64,000 nucleotides of DNA from Squalus acanthias. Lineage: Eukaryota. Positions 14,370-28,495 of this stretch are shown piece after piece (positions within the stretch are counted from its first letter, which is position 1; every line of letters starts with the position of its first letter). A program made the translations under genes and the position numbers. The notes beneath the pieces are model-generated. The model did no database searches, was not told the origin of the DNA, and saw only the letters and a program-made list of their open reading frames with translations. The stretch covers positions 143,780,001 to 143,844,000 of the forward strand of contig CM059432.1 in NCBI GenBank assembly GCA_030390025.1, in the 5' to 3' direction.

Positions 14370-14660
14370 TGCCAGAGACTTGAGCACATAATCTTGGCTC
14401 TCGCTGTAAAACTGCTCGGGCAGACGTAAAAAATCCCCAATGTTCTGGCCAATATCTATCCCTCAACCAACACCAGCAAAACCATTTAATCGGTCATTTA
14501 TCTCATTGCTGTTTGTGGAACGTTGCGGAGTGAAAATTGGCTGCTGCATTGCCCTATATTACAATAGTGATTACTCGAGCAATAATTTGTTGGCTGTGAA
14601 GTGCTTTTGGGACATCCGGAGGCCATGAAAGGCACTATGTAAATACAAATGTGTTCTTTC
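14370..14660 (+). mobile_element. DeuSINE
   Basis: Same core and tail as 11396-11663. Confidence 0.75.
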
Positions 14661-15424
14661 TTTTGTTTGTGATCCTGGGGCCATGTATCATTATTTTGGA
14701 ACTGATCAGGATGAACTTGTTCTATAAACCCTGGTGCGAGTTTATCTATTTAAACTGACAGGGTCCATAAGGTGGTCCAAAAACAACCCACAGAATCTCC
14801 AATGGGCCTGTGCAATGGAGGGCAAGCTTTTCTGGGACCCACAAGTCTAGCGTTATAATTCCCTGTAAGGCTGCAAATTCCTTCAGTTGGCCCACAACGC
14901 AAGTCCGAGCCGGGAGAGCAATATCCATCTCATTATTGATCCAAAGACTGCAGCAGCTGAAATCCATTGAAGGATCCACTGGCAGGAAGTTCTGGTCAGA
15001 GATACAATTCCAAAGTAAAAGGACACTCGAGTATGATGCCAGGAATTCCAGGCTGCAGTTCAGCTGGGCTGTGCCATAACAAGTTGATTTGGGGCAAGGA
15101 AAAAGGAGTTTCTTAAAAAGGAATCCTGCCTTTTGTAGCTTTTTCTGCCAAAGCACATATTTGCGGCTTTTTCTTAAAACTCCACTGGTTCTGGTACCTG
15201 TACGCAAAAAATAATTTTTTCCTCAAAGGGCAGGTGTAATAATGGCTGCGATATATATCCCGTTTTGCTGAAGTCTATTTTTGAAACACCGCATGGCATT
15301 TCATGAGCTTAAGTACTATATAAATGCAAAAGCAAAATACTGCGGATGCTGGAAATCTGAAATAAAAACAGAAAATGCAGGAAATACTCAGCAGGTCAGG
15401 CAGCATCTGTGGAGAGAGAAACAG

Positions 15425-15461
15425 AGTTAACGTTTCAAGTCGATGACCCTTCGTCAGAACT
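15425..15461 (-). ncRNA. Minimal hammerhead motif, sense to the SEPTIN7 pre-mRNA
   Basis: Minus strand AGTT CTGACGA A GGGTC atc GACTT GAAA CG TT AACT. Confidence 0.78.
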
Positions 15462-16107
15462 GGAAAAAGATGCAACACCTGCCCTTTTACTGCCTCCCTT
15501 CCCACTGTCCAGTGCCCCAAACACTCCTTCCAGGTAAAACAGCGATTTACTTGTACTTCTTGCAATTTAGTATACTGTATTCGCTGCTCACGATGCAGTC
15601 TCCTCTACATTGGGGAGACCAAACGCAGATTGGGTGACCGCTTTGCGGAACACTTCCGCTCAGTCCGTAAGGGTGACCCCGAGCTTCCGATCACTAATTC
15701 TCCGCTCCACTCCCACCTCACCGTCCTCTTAGTGTTCCAATGAAGCTCAACGTAAGCTCGAGGATCAGCACCTCATCTTTCGACTAGGCACTTTACAGCC
15801 TTCTGGACTCAACAGCGAGCTCAACAATTTCAGACCATAACCTCTGCCCCTATCTTTTTTCCCATTTTTTTCTCACATGGCAGCTGTCTTTCATTCTGCC
15901 GTTGCCATTACACTTCATCTAGAGTCACCTTTTGTTTCTTAACTTGTCCTATTACCATCTCCTTTTGCCTTGCACCATCATCCCTTTTGTCTTTTAATCT
16001 CTCCTGCCTTCCATCCTATCACAAACCTTCCCTTTTGTTCTTCCCTCCCCTCCCCCCTTTCCCTGCCCCTACTTGCTTAAAAACCTGTTCCATCTCCAGC
16101 TCTTTCC

Positions 16108-16145
16108 AGTTCTGACGAAGGGGTCATCGACCTGAAACGTTAACT
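16108..16145 (+). ncRNA. Minimal hammerhead motif
   Basis: AGTT CTGACGA AG GGGTC atc GACCT GAAA CG TT AACT. Confidence 0.75.
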
Positions 16146-19100
16146 CTGTTTATCTCTCCACAGATGCTGCCTGACCTGCTGAGTATTTCCAGCAGTTTCT
16201 GTTTTTAGACTATATAAATGCAAGTTGTTGTAGCAGCTCCTATGGAAGCAACACCAAGTGAAGCTGTGCCAGTCTGCGGAGCAATACATTGAAAGCCACG
16301 ACAGGGTTGCCATACTGTGTCAAGGGAATGGACGCTGCTTCCTGCCACAACCGCTTTGGTTTTTAAATCAGGAGCAGCAGTTGATCACTGAAAATTCGGT
16401 AATCTGTTTTCGCAGCTGTGTGGCCCTTTGGTGATCAAATCCCATCCAATCGATCCCCCTCTCATTGCTTGCAATGGAGCCACTCCAGGACATGCGAAGG
16501 TGGCCCATATAACTGATGTAACGAGAGCAGTGTAGTTAGGGAAGCCCAAGACTGTTCAATAAAAAGGTGGAGTACTTCTAATACAACTCTCTCTCTCTCT
16601 CTCTCTCTCCAGGTTTTCCTGGCTTTACGAGGCAAATCAACAAATTCTGGTTTTAAAAAAAATAACAGCAGCTGCGTTAGATACATGCATTTTGGCAAAT
16701 TCTAAATGATAATGTTTGGACCAAGTTTGAAAACAGGCACTGTTCTTCATTCAGGATACATGCCCAAAATTAGCAGTGAAAGTTCTTCTACACCATTCTC
16801 TTTTTTAAAAAAGTTATTTTTTTTGCGTTAAAACAAGTTCCAAGAGATCAGAAGCATATGGCCAGTCCTCAACTCAAGACTGAAAAGTAAAACAAAACAG
16901 AGGTTCTGGGAAACTGGCTACACAGTTCATCCATTCGTCACCATCAGCATCAAAACTTCACTCCGTACCTTTCCTCGTCCCTTCCCCGGGACAAATTAGT
17001 CTGCATTTGCAAAATGAGAATACCCTCACCACTGCATAAATAAACTCTCGTTCACGGTTCTTCATTTTGGAGAAAAGGCCCAAACTTATTCAATTGCCAC
17101 AGCTGGGAAGCCGTGCCGAGATGTGGGGCCTTAAACTGCTGGTTAAATGAGACAAAATCCGAAGAATTGCAGCGCTGCATCAGCATTTTCCTGCAGCTAT
17201 TTGTTTTAAAAATCGATCTGGATGAAATAATTGTGCCTGGGAGTAAGCACGAGCGTTCAAAGTACAAAAATTTAGGATTATAATCAGGCCTCAAATCACA
17301 ATGTGCAGTATCGTCAGGAATTCTTGGATCATGAATTACATTTTACAGCTCTACTGACAAGTTCTTTTACTTGAACAAGGCAATACGCAGTTGTACACTT
17401 TTAAACTTGTTTTTAAAGCACTAGCACTCTCTTGTATATGCATCGCACAAACGTGTATTTACTTTAGAGTACATGTTTCATTAATCCAAATGAACCAGGA
17501 TTATAGACTGGCATACAATTACTTGTACTGTGCTAGAAAGAGGTCTTATTGTAGTACCAACTGCATCTTCAGCTTTGACACCATTATCCTTTATATCACG
17601 CATCAGGTTGAACAAGGCTCATGTACAATCATGCTTATGACGCACGATTGCATTTCGAATATACATGCAGTGCCAGAGTTCAACTCAACCTCGGTCCTGC
17701 TATTTATAAACCATGGCTCTAAGTTTAGGGTGCTATCTGAACCAATTGGCTGGATTACTACCAATCAGTATATGTGATCTCAAACTGAAGCAGTACATTT
17801 TGATTGGGGCGGGAGGGGGGAAAGAGGGATGAACACAATGATTGGATGTTAAACCTGAAAAACTCATCACTTCTCTCCTCCGAGCACCCAATGCTAGCCA
17901 ACACTTCCAGGTCAGTTATAATAATGTTGGGTGCAGAGTAAAGCTCCCTGGAGGAAGTCCCAAAGTCTAAAGTTAATCTCAACCTCAAAAGTACCCCCCT
18001 ACAATTATGGCATTTTTCATTTTTAGCACCAGTTATCCTGCTTAAGTGAGATTGTAAGCTATTGCTGAATTAGGGCGACTTGTGCTGCAGATCAATGTTA
18101 CAGATCAATGAGACTACTCAAATTCATTTCACATCGGGCGCTTTGGGCCAAAAGGATACTGGATCCAATGGGCCTTGGTTGTTTCAAACCTGGGTTCTAA
18201 AAGTACAGTCAGAGTGCTAAACCCACGATGTAATCCTTCCCTCAAGTATAAATAATACTTTTGTCTGCAGGATACACTTACTGCATGAAATTCCACAAGA
18301 AAATGCATGGTATTTGATACGAGCTCTCTGACAATGATAAATCCCATTTCTCTGGGTATGGCTGTCACTGCATCAAAAGGCTGTATACTTACAGCAGTCC
18401 TACTCGTATTTCTAACCGTCTTCTGAAGTTTACAGCATTAGCCAGATTAAATGTCCAACACCAATTTTGGCTACTTATCCTGCAGCTGTATTGTTATTTT
18501 AAAAAGTTTTTTTGTAGCCATAATGAAGATTTTAGATAAATCTATGCAACTATCCCACGGACAATTCTTCAGTGAAGTACCGACACGTAGAGCTGTCATT
18601 TCGGGAAATTTATGGCAAAAGGCTCATTTCGAATCAAGATGTCTTAAAATTCAAAGGTGCACTGCAACTACAAGATGCATTATGATCTGCCTGCTTGAGG
18701 TTATAAGTTCAAAAGCTGAGAGATTGGTTTCAAAGCAGAGGGACATGTTAGCTGGCAAAGTGCAGCCAACAGATCTGAAAGGCTCAATAGATGCAGAATA
18801 TAGATGGGCAGGAGATCCATGCATTAAATATTGATTTTCACACCCAATTTATATTTGCCAGTCACAAATTTAAACAGTGACTACAGTACTACTCTTAGCC
18901 GGCCATGTAGGTCTTGCTATGGCACATCTCAATGCCAATTTCCAACTTAAGATATCTTTCCTTCTAATGTCAGAATACGCAGATCATCTCAAATTGCTCT
19001 GCAAAATTAATGTCTCATCCTGACTTTTTCCATAAACTCAGGTTCTCAAAGGCTCTCCCCGCCTTGAAACTGATAACCTCTTCCAACGGATATTATCTTT

Positions 19101-20164
19101 TGATGATAACCTTATTCTACACTCCATGTTCTTCAGGTCGCACACCCTCTCCTCCTCCAGCAACTTCCAACACTCCATAAATTCCAAAACTGAAATAATG
19201 CGCCATTGTTAGATGTCTCCAACACCCCTCTTTGAAAAAGCAGCTTATCCTCTCATCTCTAGTCCCCAATCTGTGCTGAATGTCTTTCCCTATAGTAAAA
19301 GCTCTGAACTTTCCTCCCATCCCACTGAAGCTGCAAATATGCAACTCTACAGGCACTTCACTTCATCCTTACGGATTTGAAATTAAGACTCATGGCAGAG
19401 ATCCTTCCAACACTATACTAGAACCTCAAAACGATCAGTTACCTTGTACGATCTCAAGGCTTTTAAATCCCAAGCTCATCACCTTAGCCCCTTTATCCCC
19501 ATTTTACCTCATCTTCACTTTAGCTCTTTCCAACCTAGATATTTATTTGTCTTTAACTATCGGCCTTGGCCATTAATGCTGGTTACTCAAAAAGGAACCT
19601 GGAAGAGAAGCAAGAATGAGAAGAATCCAAGCATCAAAATGCAAGAGCAAAAAGTTAAAAACCACATCTGATTCACAAGATTGAGTTTGTTTGCATTTAC
19701 AAGAGAAACCTAGCCAGTCTTTTTGAAGTCAGAATACTTTTCCTCGGCTGAGGATTTTATTGATGACTATTTTTGGCAACTCGACAGAAAAATGTTGAAT
19801 CTCCATGTACAACAGTATAAAATTGTAGGGCAGCTTAAGAATTTCCTGTGATCAACCAAATTGTTTTCCTTGTCTTTAATCCTTCAGTATAAACATTCAA
19901 GGAGTGTACAAGCAGTAGGTATCTGCGTGGACAACTGCTGTGGCACTGAAACCTGCCAAACAAACTCATCCACTTCTTGACAATTAATGACGCAAGAAAT
20001 AACCAGGCTCGACACAGCAGGAGTAAGCTTCGTGCCAGTTATTGACAAGAGGGTTTGCTCGTGATCCTGTCCTTTTGCCAAGGGAGTTGCCGAGTTGAAG
20101 CCAGGCATTTCTCCACAAAGAACAAAGTGGGGAAAAATAAAGCTAAGGCCAGGCACTCATACCT

Positions 20165-20433
20165 CCTTCAGCTGGACGTAAAAGATCCTATGGCACAACT
20201 TCCAAGAAGAACAGGGGAGTTCTCCCCGTGTCTCAGCCAATATTTATCCCTCAACCAACATCTAAAACACATCACAATGCTGTTTCCGGGAGCTTGCTGT
20301 GCGCAAATTGGCTGCCCCGTTTCCTGCATTACAACAGTGACTACACTTCAAAAAGTACTTCCTTGGCTATAAAGCGCTTTGGGACGTCCCGTGGTCGTGA
20401 AAGGCGCTATATAAATGCAAGTCTTTCTTTCTT
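20165..20433 (+). mobile_element. DeuSINE, well preserved
   Basis: Deu core and tail ggcgctatataaatgcaagtctttctttc; CpGs retained. Confidence 0.85.
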
Positions 20434-22719
20434 TCTCACTACACAAGGAGCAAGCTTCCTCTCAACCCAACATGTGGCTAACAGTAATCTACATTCTGGA
20501 TTCAAACTGACCACAACTCCCAAAACTTGATCCACAACATCCAAAAACCTAGCGATTAATTACAAATCATTAAGTTATTCTTAGGCAATTTTCAGAAGAT
20601 CAGTGACTGCAACAACTCACATCACAGTTACATGCAAATAAACATTGCTGAGATGCCAGAGACTGCAGCTGTATGTACAGGATACAAACACACACATTCA
20701 CCTGCTACATGCAGGCTGCTTTTAGAATGAACTGCCCACTGGCCCACTCTCTAACATTTCAACACGAACCAACACCGAGACATCTTAAATAACAGCTTTA
20801 GTAAAATCCCAAATTTAATTGTACGCTTTAAATTTTGTTGTTGGCACTTTTCCTGGGTCTCTCTTGCAGAGTGTTCAACAGTTTTAGGAAGTATATACTC
20901 TGCTGAATCAACGAAAATATCTACTGACAAAGGCTCACTTGAAAAAGCCTTACAACTGAATGCTGTGGGTAAATGCAATGCCGTGTGGTGCTGAGTTATA
21001 CAATCGAAGGTGATTACCATTTTGTTGCCTAGCCTGATGTGTTAGCTGATCTCAGCCAGGGCCAGCTGGTCACCCTTGGTGACCGTGCTGCTGGAGGCAC
21101 GACCATCAACTCTCTTGCTGATGTGCACCAACTCCAATGGCATGGAGGCGGCTTTGTTTGTTTTGCCCCATCACTACCGGTTTTCAGCTGAACCTCTAAA
21201 CCCAGACACAAGCTGCAGTATTTCACTCTGGAAAAACTGCCTCCCGAGGAAGTAGGGATTATAATTTCCATTTGTATTGAGAGTACAACCTCTCCCTACT
21301 GATGCCATCAGGCCACGACAAGTTCAGTAAGGTGAAAATTTTGTCACTCAATGTTTTAAGTAGGACATCACTGTACTGCGTTTCAGATTTGACAAAGGCC
21401 TCCCAACCCATGATTCCCCTCCTGGATGCAACTCTGATCACATTTGCTGTGACATGTGCTATTCTAGTAATGTGGCCAGTCAGACTTTCACAGATCTGAG
21501 GCAGGGGGGTGCGCTCACCATTGAGACAGCAGTGCTGAGAATGCACTGGCCTGTACATGAAACCCAGCCGCACTACAAGATGCAAACAGTGCTGCCTGCA
21601 GTTAGCTATGAGTTGGACTTCTGTCGATTAATATCTACTGGAAACACAGGTTTTCCCACCCCCAATAGAATTAACTTCATTTTTCACTTTTTCTTTAAAG
21701 GAACCCATTTTATTTAGTGAGAAATACTGCATGGTGATTTCGAAATATTTCTCCGATATAAAGATGAGCTTTGGTATAACCCTGTGTTTGAGGTGAACAT
21801 TTCCATGGCGTTACTCGGTCTGATCTATAATACAGCCAGGATTGAGGCTGCTTAGGTGAAGATAATTTTCATTTCACTCAAGACGAAAGTTTCTGATGTG
21901 ATTTTGCCAAATTCGTGTGAAGCTATTAAGCAACTGGAGAGAAATCAAGAGGTCACAACTTCACTTTGGAAATTGCTACAGAGAAACCAGATTAAAAAAG
22001 TGAATCGTTAACTGTAGAATTAAGTACTAGACCACTTCCTTTTAAATTGTTGCTGTGTAAATTCCAGCAGTCTGCCCATCAAGACAGTCAGCAATTCAAA
22101 TCAAGTAATCAAATGGTTTCCACATGGAAGGTAGGAAATGTTGCATAGCAATTTAATCTAGCACTACGTAAGCATTCTAAAACTTGAAAATGAAAACTAT
22201 TTCAAATGCGAGAACACAAATACTTTTGTTCCAAGAGATAATAGCTTTTCAGCTTTATATTCAAAGAAATAAAGTACATAGGTCCACTTCTCAGCTGCGA
22301 TGAAAGTAATCTGTGCTTTTCAGCAGGGCACCTGATGGTAGCATCCATCCAATTAAACTTTTTCTGTGTCGAAGTGTAATGAAGCATTACAGGCAAGGCC
22401 ACTGATTAATGGTTTACATGAAAAAGTGGATGGGGTTGTGAAATTTTACCCCAACACCAGCAGAAATCATGGAATCCTGAAAAAAATGGAATTTGAGTTA
22501 TTCACTCACCCTATTAATAGGGCATGTTTGGTAGGCCCAAGGTTAGAACTTTGCCTTGAGAGTACATATGAAAAGTAGTTTCATGCAATATTTTGACTTG
22601 AATATCAGCACAAGGATAGCCTGAAAAGCAGCAGTCACATTAGCCACAGCTCATAGTATGCATACACAAAATATAAAAAAACTTAAATATATTTTAAAAA
22701 TGTATAAAAATATAAAAAC

Positions 22720-23356
22720 TTTTTTTTATTCGTTCATGGGATGTGGGCGTCGCTGGCAAGGCCAGCATTCATTGCCCATCCCTAATTGTCCTCGAGAAGG
22801 TGGTGAGCTGCCTTCTTGAACCATTGCAGTCAGTGTTGTTGGGAAGGGAGTTCCAGGATTTTGACCCAGCGACGACGAAGGAACGGCGATATACTTCCAA
22901 GTCAGGATGGTGTGTAACTTGGAGGTGGTGGTGCTCCCATGCGCCTGCTGCTCTTGTCCTTCTAGGTGGTAGCGGTCTCGGGTTTGGGAGTTGCTGCTGA
23001 AGAATCTCTGGCGAGTTGCTGCAGTGCATCTTGTAGATGGTAAACACTGCAGCCACGGTACGCCGGTGGTGGAGGGAGTGAATGTTTAAGGTGGTGGATG
23101 GGGTGCCAATCAAGCAGGCTGCTTTGTCCTGGATGCTGTAGAGCTTCTCGAGTGCTGTTGGAGCTGCACTCATCCAGGCAAGTGGAGAGTATTCCATCGC
23201 ACTCCTTACTTGTGCCTTGTAGATGGGGGAAAAGGCTTTGGGGAGTGAGGAGGTGAGACACTCACCGCAGAATACCCAGCCTCTGACCTGCTCTTGTTGC
23301 CACAGTATTTACGTGGCTGGTCCAGTTAAGTTTCTGGTCAATGGTGACCCCCAGGA
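22720..23356 (-). mobile_element. Second CR1-group (Zenon-like) LINE, 3' fragment
   Basis: EYSPLAWMSAAPTALEKLYSIQDKAACLIG; poly(T) tail at 22720; same family as 26831 and 47845. Confidence 0.85.
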
Positions 23357-23685
23357 CTACATAAATTACATATATAAAAGATACACCACACCACACGGGA
23401 GTATACTAGCTAAAAAATTGAAATGCAATTTGATTTTATGAAATGTTACCAAATGTCATGCTCTGGAAAAGTTAGCAATGCCTTTCATCTTTTTCTGATT
23501 TACTCAATCGGCACTAACAACTTGCATTTCAGAAGCACCTTAAACACAATGAAATGACCCAAAGTACTTCAGAGGCGTAATCAAATAGATGGATAGCTAG
23601 CCAAAGGAGGAGATTCTTGAAGGGACGAAAAGGCTTATGTTTAGATATCAGCTGATCACATCTCAAAGCTCTTCACATACACCAA

Positions 23686-24465
23686 CAATTTGCATTTATA
23701 TAGCGCCTGCAATGCAGAAAAACATCCAAAGGCACTTCACAGAGCTGCGATCAAAACAAAATTAACACCAAGCCAAAGATATAAGGAGGGGTGATCAAAA
23801 ACTTGGTCACGGAGATGGGTTTTAAAGCGGGATGGAATTCCAGAGTGTGGGACTTAGGTGATGAAGGGCAGGAGGGGGGGTGGGGGGGAAGGGAGAGAAA
23901 GAGAGGACATGAGAGGCCAGAATCAAAGGAACTGGGAATTCTGGGGGGGGGGGGGGGGGAAGAGGTTGCCGGAGGTTACAGAGATCAGGAGGGGTGCGGC
24001 CATGAAGGGATTTAAACTTAAACACGAGGATGAGAATTTTAAATGAGGCACTGAAGGACTGGGAGCCAATGTAGGTCAGCAAGTGCAGGTGAAGGATGAA
24101 CAGGATTCTGGACAGGATAATATATGGGCAGCAGAGTTTGGATGAGCTGCAGTTTACCAAGGGTGGAATACTGGAATAGTTGAGTCCGAGTCTGGAGGTG
24201 ACAAGTGCATGGATGAGAGTTTCAGCAGCAGATGGGCTGATGTAGACGGTGCTATGGATGTGGAAGTACACAGTCTTTGAGATGAAGAGGATTTAAGGTG
24301 GATACTCAGCTTGGGATCAAATACGATGGCAAGACAGTAAACAGACTGGTTCAACCAGAGATGATGGCCGGGGTACAAGGATGGAATCTGTGACAAGGGT
24401 ACGGAGTTTGCGGCGGGAGCTGAAGAGGGTGGCTTCAGTGTTTCCGATGTTTAACTGGAGGAAAT
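23686..24465 (-). mobile_element. Old L2 LINE 3' remnant
   Basis: SAAETLIHALVTSRL motif; tail ttgcatttatatagcgcc on the + strand. Confidence 0.75.
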
Positions 24466-25309
24466 AAATCAATACATTTGACATGGAAGTGCAGCCTCGC
24501 ACTGCAATCAATACTTCCAATGCAACCTGCACACGTGTAGCACAAATTCAAGCAAGTCTGAACATTTAAATCGGAAATCCTTTTCTGCATTACGTACAGG
24601 CAGACACAATACTGTATCTTTATGAACTTGGTGTTAACAATTGATAAAAGCTGAATTGAATCCAAGGGTCTGGAGCTTCCCTCTCTACCAATTGCCCAAT
24701 ATCAGCAGCAGGCAGCACCCTCCTAGGTCTGGCAATACTCTTGAACCAGCCGATTTGGACTGGGCAAAAGCAGTTCATAATAACAATCCTTTATTTTTGC
24801 CTCCTCCAACAGAGCTAACACAGGTCCAGCTGCACTCACGTCCCCTGCAGTGAGACTGCACTAATGCACACACACACCATGTAGCCCAGCATGCTCAGTG
24901 CACCAGTAGATAAGTAACTGCTGCCCTTACTACTCCATACTGCATTAAAGTTTTAGCCTACAATTAAAACAATGCCAAGACCTACAATAGGTGGAGTTGA
25001 GGTCGAAGATCAGCCATGATCTTATTGAATGGCAGAGCAGGCTCGAGGGGCCGCATGGCCGACTCCTGCTCCTAATTCTTGTATGTTCTTAAAACTTTCA
25101 CTGAAAAAGATTTAAAAAAAAATAAAATGCATTTTGCCTTACATGACTCATTGCTAAATAAATAAAACAAGGAATGCATTGTGTTTACAATCTCTTAAGT
25201 TTAATTTACATTACAAATAATTTCAAGTGTTCTTTGGCCTACTTACAGCATTTCATATTACTGAATATTTTAAACTCTCACTCGATCAACTGTGTTGAGG
25301 AGTGTAGCA

Positions 25310-25566
25310 TTCCCAGTGTAAATACTGACACTTCAGTGCAGTCCTGAGGAGTGCGTCACTGCTGGAGAGGTCGTCTCTCAGATGAGATGTTAAACCAAAG
25401 CCCCGTCTGCCCCCTCAGGTAGATGTAAAAGATCCCACGGCACTCTCTGAAGAGCAAGGGAGTTCTCCCAGTGTCCTGGCCAACATTTCTGCCCCAACCA
25501 ACACCTGAAACAAGTGATCTCGTCAGTTATTTCAATGGTGTTTGTGGGAGCTTGCTGCTCAGAAAT
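25310..25566 (+). mobile_element. DeuSINE fragment
   Basis: gatgtaaaagatccca...gtgggagcttgctg core. Confidence 0.7.
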
Positions 25567-25984
25567 TGAAAGGACTTGCTGACTGAGTTTGGGGGAGAGA
25601 CAGTAGTAGCACTACACTTCCCATGCAGCGAGTCAGACTTCTTGCCAAAAAGCAGGGTACTTTTCACCTCAACACATTAAAATACTAAAAAAACATTTGT
25701 CCAAGAGAGGCCTGGAATTTCACAGTATTAAAAGCTGTAATAAAAACATAGCAATAATACAATTAAGTTAGATTTGAACAAAAACAGTTGGAGAAATGGG
25801 CAAATCACCAGCACTAAGTTCCATGTAAAATTATACCATCTCAATATCAAACTGAGGATGGCTCAACAGGACAAAGGGACCGACTAAAAACGGAATTGAA
25901 AACGCAAACGTTTCCATATTCGAGCACGCTTATCCCCAAATCATGATAAGAACGGTGTTGAAGCAAGTCAGGAAAAAAGGTCTT

Positions 25985-27690
25985 GCATGTAGCTCGAACA
26001 CCTTCAACGATGGATGCTCTTCCACCCCCTCTCCGTTACCTCTGGAGTTCCCCAAGGACCTATCCTTGGCACCCCCCTCTACATGCAGTCCCTCATCGAC
26101 ATCATCCACAGAAATGGAGTCCATTTCCACATGTACGCTGACGACCCCCTCCACTGCCTGTGTTGTCAGCCTGCTTGTGCAACATTCAACCCTGGATGAG
26201 CCGCAATTTCCCTCACTCCAACAAACTCTGCACACTTGCCACCAATGCCATCCCCCTTTTCGGGCAGAGTCTCGGGTCGAACCAGACTATTCACAACCTC
26301 AGCATTCTATGTAACCAAGTTGAGCTTCCCACCCCACACCCTCTCCAGAGACCAACTTCCAACTCCAACATCGCCAGTCTCCACTCCTCCCTCAGCCCAT
26401 CTGCTGCCGAAACTTGCATGCGATCATCACCTCCAGGCTCAACTATTCCAATGCTCTCCTGGCTGGAATCCCATCCTCTACCCTCCATAAACGTCAGCAC
26501 CTGCTAAACTGTGATGCCTGTATCCTAACCTGCACCGTCCCACTCACACATCACCCATGTGCTCACTGACCTACATTGACCCCCAGTCCCAAATTCTCAA
26601 CATTTCAAATTTAAAATACTCTTGCTTGTCTTTAAATCCCCTCATGGCCTCACACTACCCTATCTCTGCAACCATCTCCAGTCCAACAAGCCTGAGAACT
26701 CTGTATTCATCCAACTCTCTTCGTCCAACCACTGGTGGCCGTGCCTTCAACAGTCTCGGCCCAAAGCTCTGGAATTCCCTCCTGAAACCCCTCTGCATCT
26801 TCACCTTTGACCAAGCTGTTAGTCGCCCCTTCTAACAAGCGAGAGTCTAACCACCGCCCCTTGACATTCAATGGCATTACCATCGCCGAATCCCCCACCA
26901 TCAACATCCTGGGGGGGTCACCATTGACCAGAAACTTAACTGGACCAGCCACATAAATACTGTGGCAACAAGAGCAGGTCAGAGGCTAGGTATTCTGTGG
27001 CGAGTGTCTCACCTCCTGACTCCCCAAAGCCTTTCCACCATCTACAAGGCACAAGTCAGGAGTGTGATGGAATACTCTCCACTTGCCTAGATGAGTGCAG
27101 CTCCAACAACACTCAAGAAGCTCGACACCATCCAGGACAAAGCAGCCCGCTTGATTGGCACCCCATCCACCACCTTAAGCATTCACTCCCTCCACCACCG
27201 GCGTACCGTGGCTGCAGGGTGTACCATCTACAAGATGCACTGCAGCAACTCGCCAAGGCTTCTTTGGCAGCACCTCCCAAACCCGCGACCTCTTCCACCT
27301 AGGACAAGGGCAGCAGGCACATGGGAACACCACTACCTCCAAGTTCGCCTCCAAGTCACAAACCATCCTGATTTAGAAGTATATCGCCGTTCCTTCATCG
27401 TCACTGGGTCAAAATCCTGGAACTCCCTTCCTAACAGCACTGTGGGAGTACCTTCACCACACGGACTGCAGCGGTTCAAGGCGGCAGTTCACCACTGCAT
27501 TCTCAAGGGCAATTAGGGATGGGCTATAAATGCTGACCTTGCCAGTGACGCCCCCATCCCATAAACAAATAAAAAAATACCACCTCTTCTTGGCTTGGTG
27601 TCAATTTTTGTCTGATTACACTTGTGAATTGCCTTGTCATTTTTTTCTATGTTAAAGGCATAATATAAATGCAAGTATTTGCTGTTGTAC
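25985..27690 (+). mobile_element. L2 LINE remnant split by a Zenon-like LINE
   Basis: SGVPQGPILG and MYADD motifs; the L2 3' tail resumes at about 27580. Confidence 0.8.
26831..27577 (+). mobile_element. Zenon-like CR1-group LINE, 3' fragment
   Basis: MSAAPTTLKKLDTIQDKAARLIG ORF 27091-27516; A-rich tail. Confidence 0.88.
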
Positions 27691-28254
27691 TAGTTTCTTG
27701 GTGAATGAGCTCATCACATTTGAAACTAGGGCACAGCGCAAAAGTTCTAAAGACAAAGAGCTTTGTAGTTTTGTCAAACATTAACACGCTCAGCATCTGG
27801 CACATTTTTTAAGTTACATCTGGTTTCACCACCCAAGTGACTTTCTTCTGCTGGAAAATGGGATAAAGATCTCCCTTCACTGAGTGCAAAACGCAAATAG
27901 TTCAAGCAGTCAAAGCCATTCACTACCGATAAATTCGTTAACAAAAATGCACTTAGATTTGGCAGTCCTTAATTTAAAATAATCACTTAGAAAGTTCAAG
28001 GGATTTCCACATGTGCTATCACTAGGGTTTCAGTAAAACGTAACGGTGGACTTAGAAGTTTCTTACTGTGTCCACTCGACTCAGACCAGAGTGTGCTACC
28101 AAACTGAGTCAAGACAAAGTATTAAATATTTTCATTATGGGTCGCTCTCCAACTCTAGAATTAAGCAGTGTGTCCTTATGACTATTTTTACTGATGGCTT
28201 AGTTGGTGAAGACAATGTGTGTAAAACTGAACGACAAAATTCAGAAGAACTGAT

Positions 28255-28495
28255 GTCTGATTCTCGGTCTGTGCTGAATTAACAGATCTCAGCCAGGGTC
28301 ACTAAGAAAGTTACAACTGGTGCTGTCACTATCCAGTAGCTCTGACTGGAAGTACTCCTGAATGGATATGGCTTGGTTGTAATGCTCCCTGCAATCAAAT
28401 AACCTGCAGATTCAATGTCTAGTCTCACATGAAAAAACGACCATTTGGAAGAAGTCAGATGACACAGAGGGCTACGGAACTGCACCCCAGTGTGA
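28255..28495 (+). repeat. Ancient SINE-like repeat; related copies near 43930-44290 (+), 52330-52750 (-) and 62400-62660 (+)
   Basis: Shared degenerate blocks (gatctcagccaggg; atccagt..ctggaagt); family not identified. Confidence 0.45.

Larger units (their letters stand above)
15330..16208 (+). mobile_element. Truncated Penelope-like element: inverted pLTR, GIY-YIG fragment, pLTR
   Basis: From about 15528 translates FQVKQRFTCTSCNLVYCIRCSRCSLLYIGETKRRLGDRFAEH; 15-bp TSD ACTATATAAATGCAA at 15315-15329 and 16209-16223. Confidence 0.92.

Noticed and set aside
14746..15207. 153-aa minus-strand ORF
   Set aside because: No recognisable domain or splice context; probably decayed repeat sequence.
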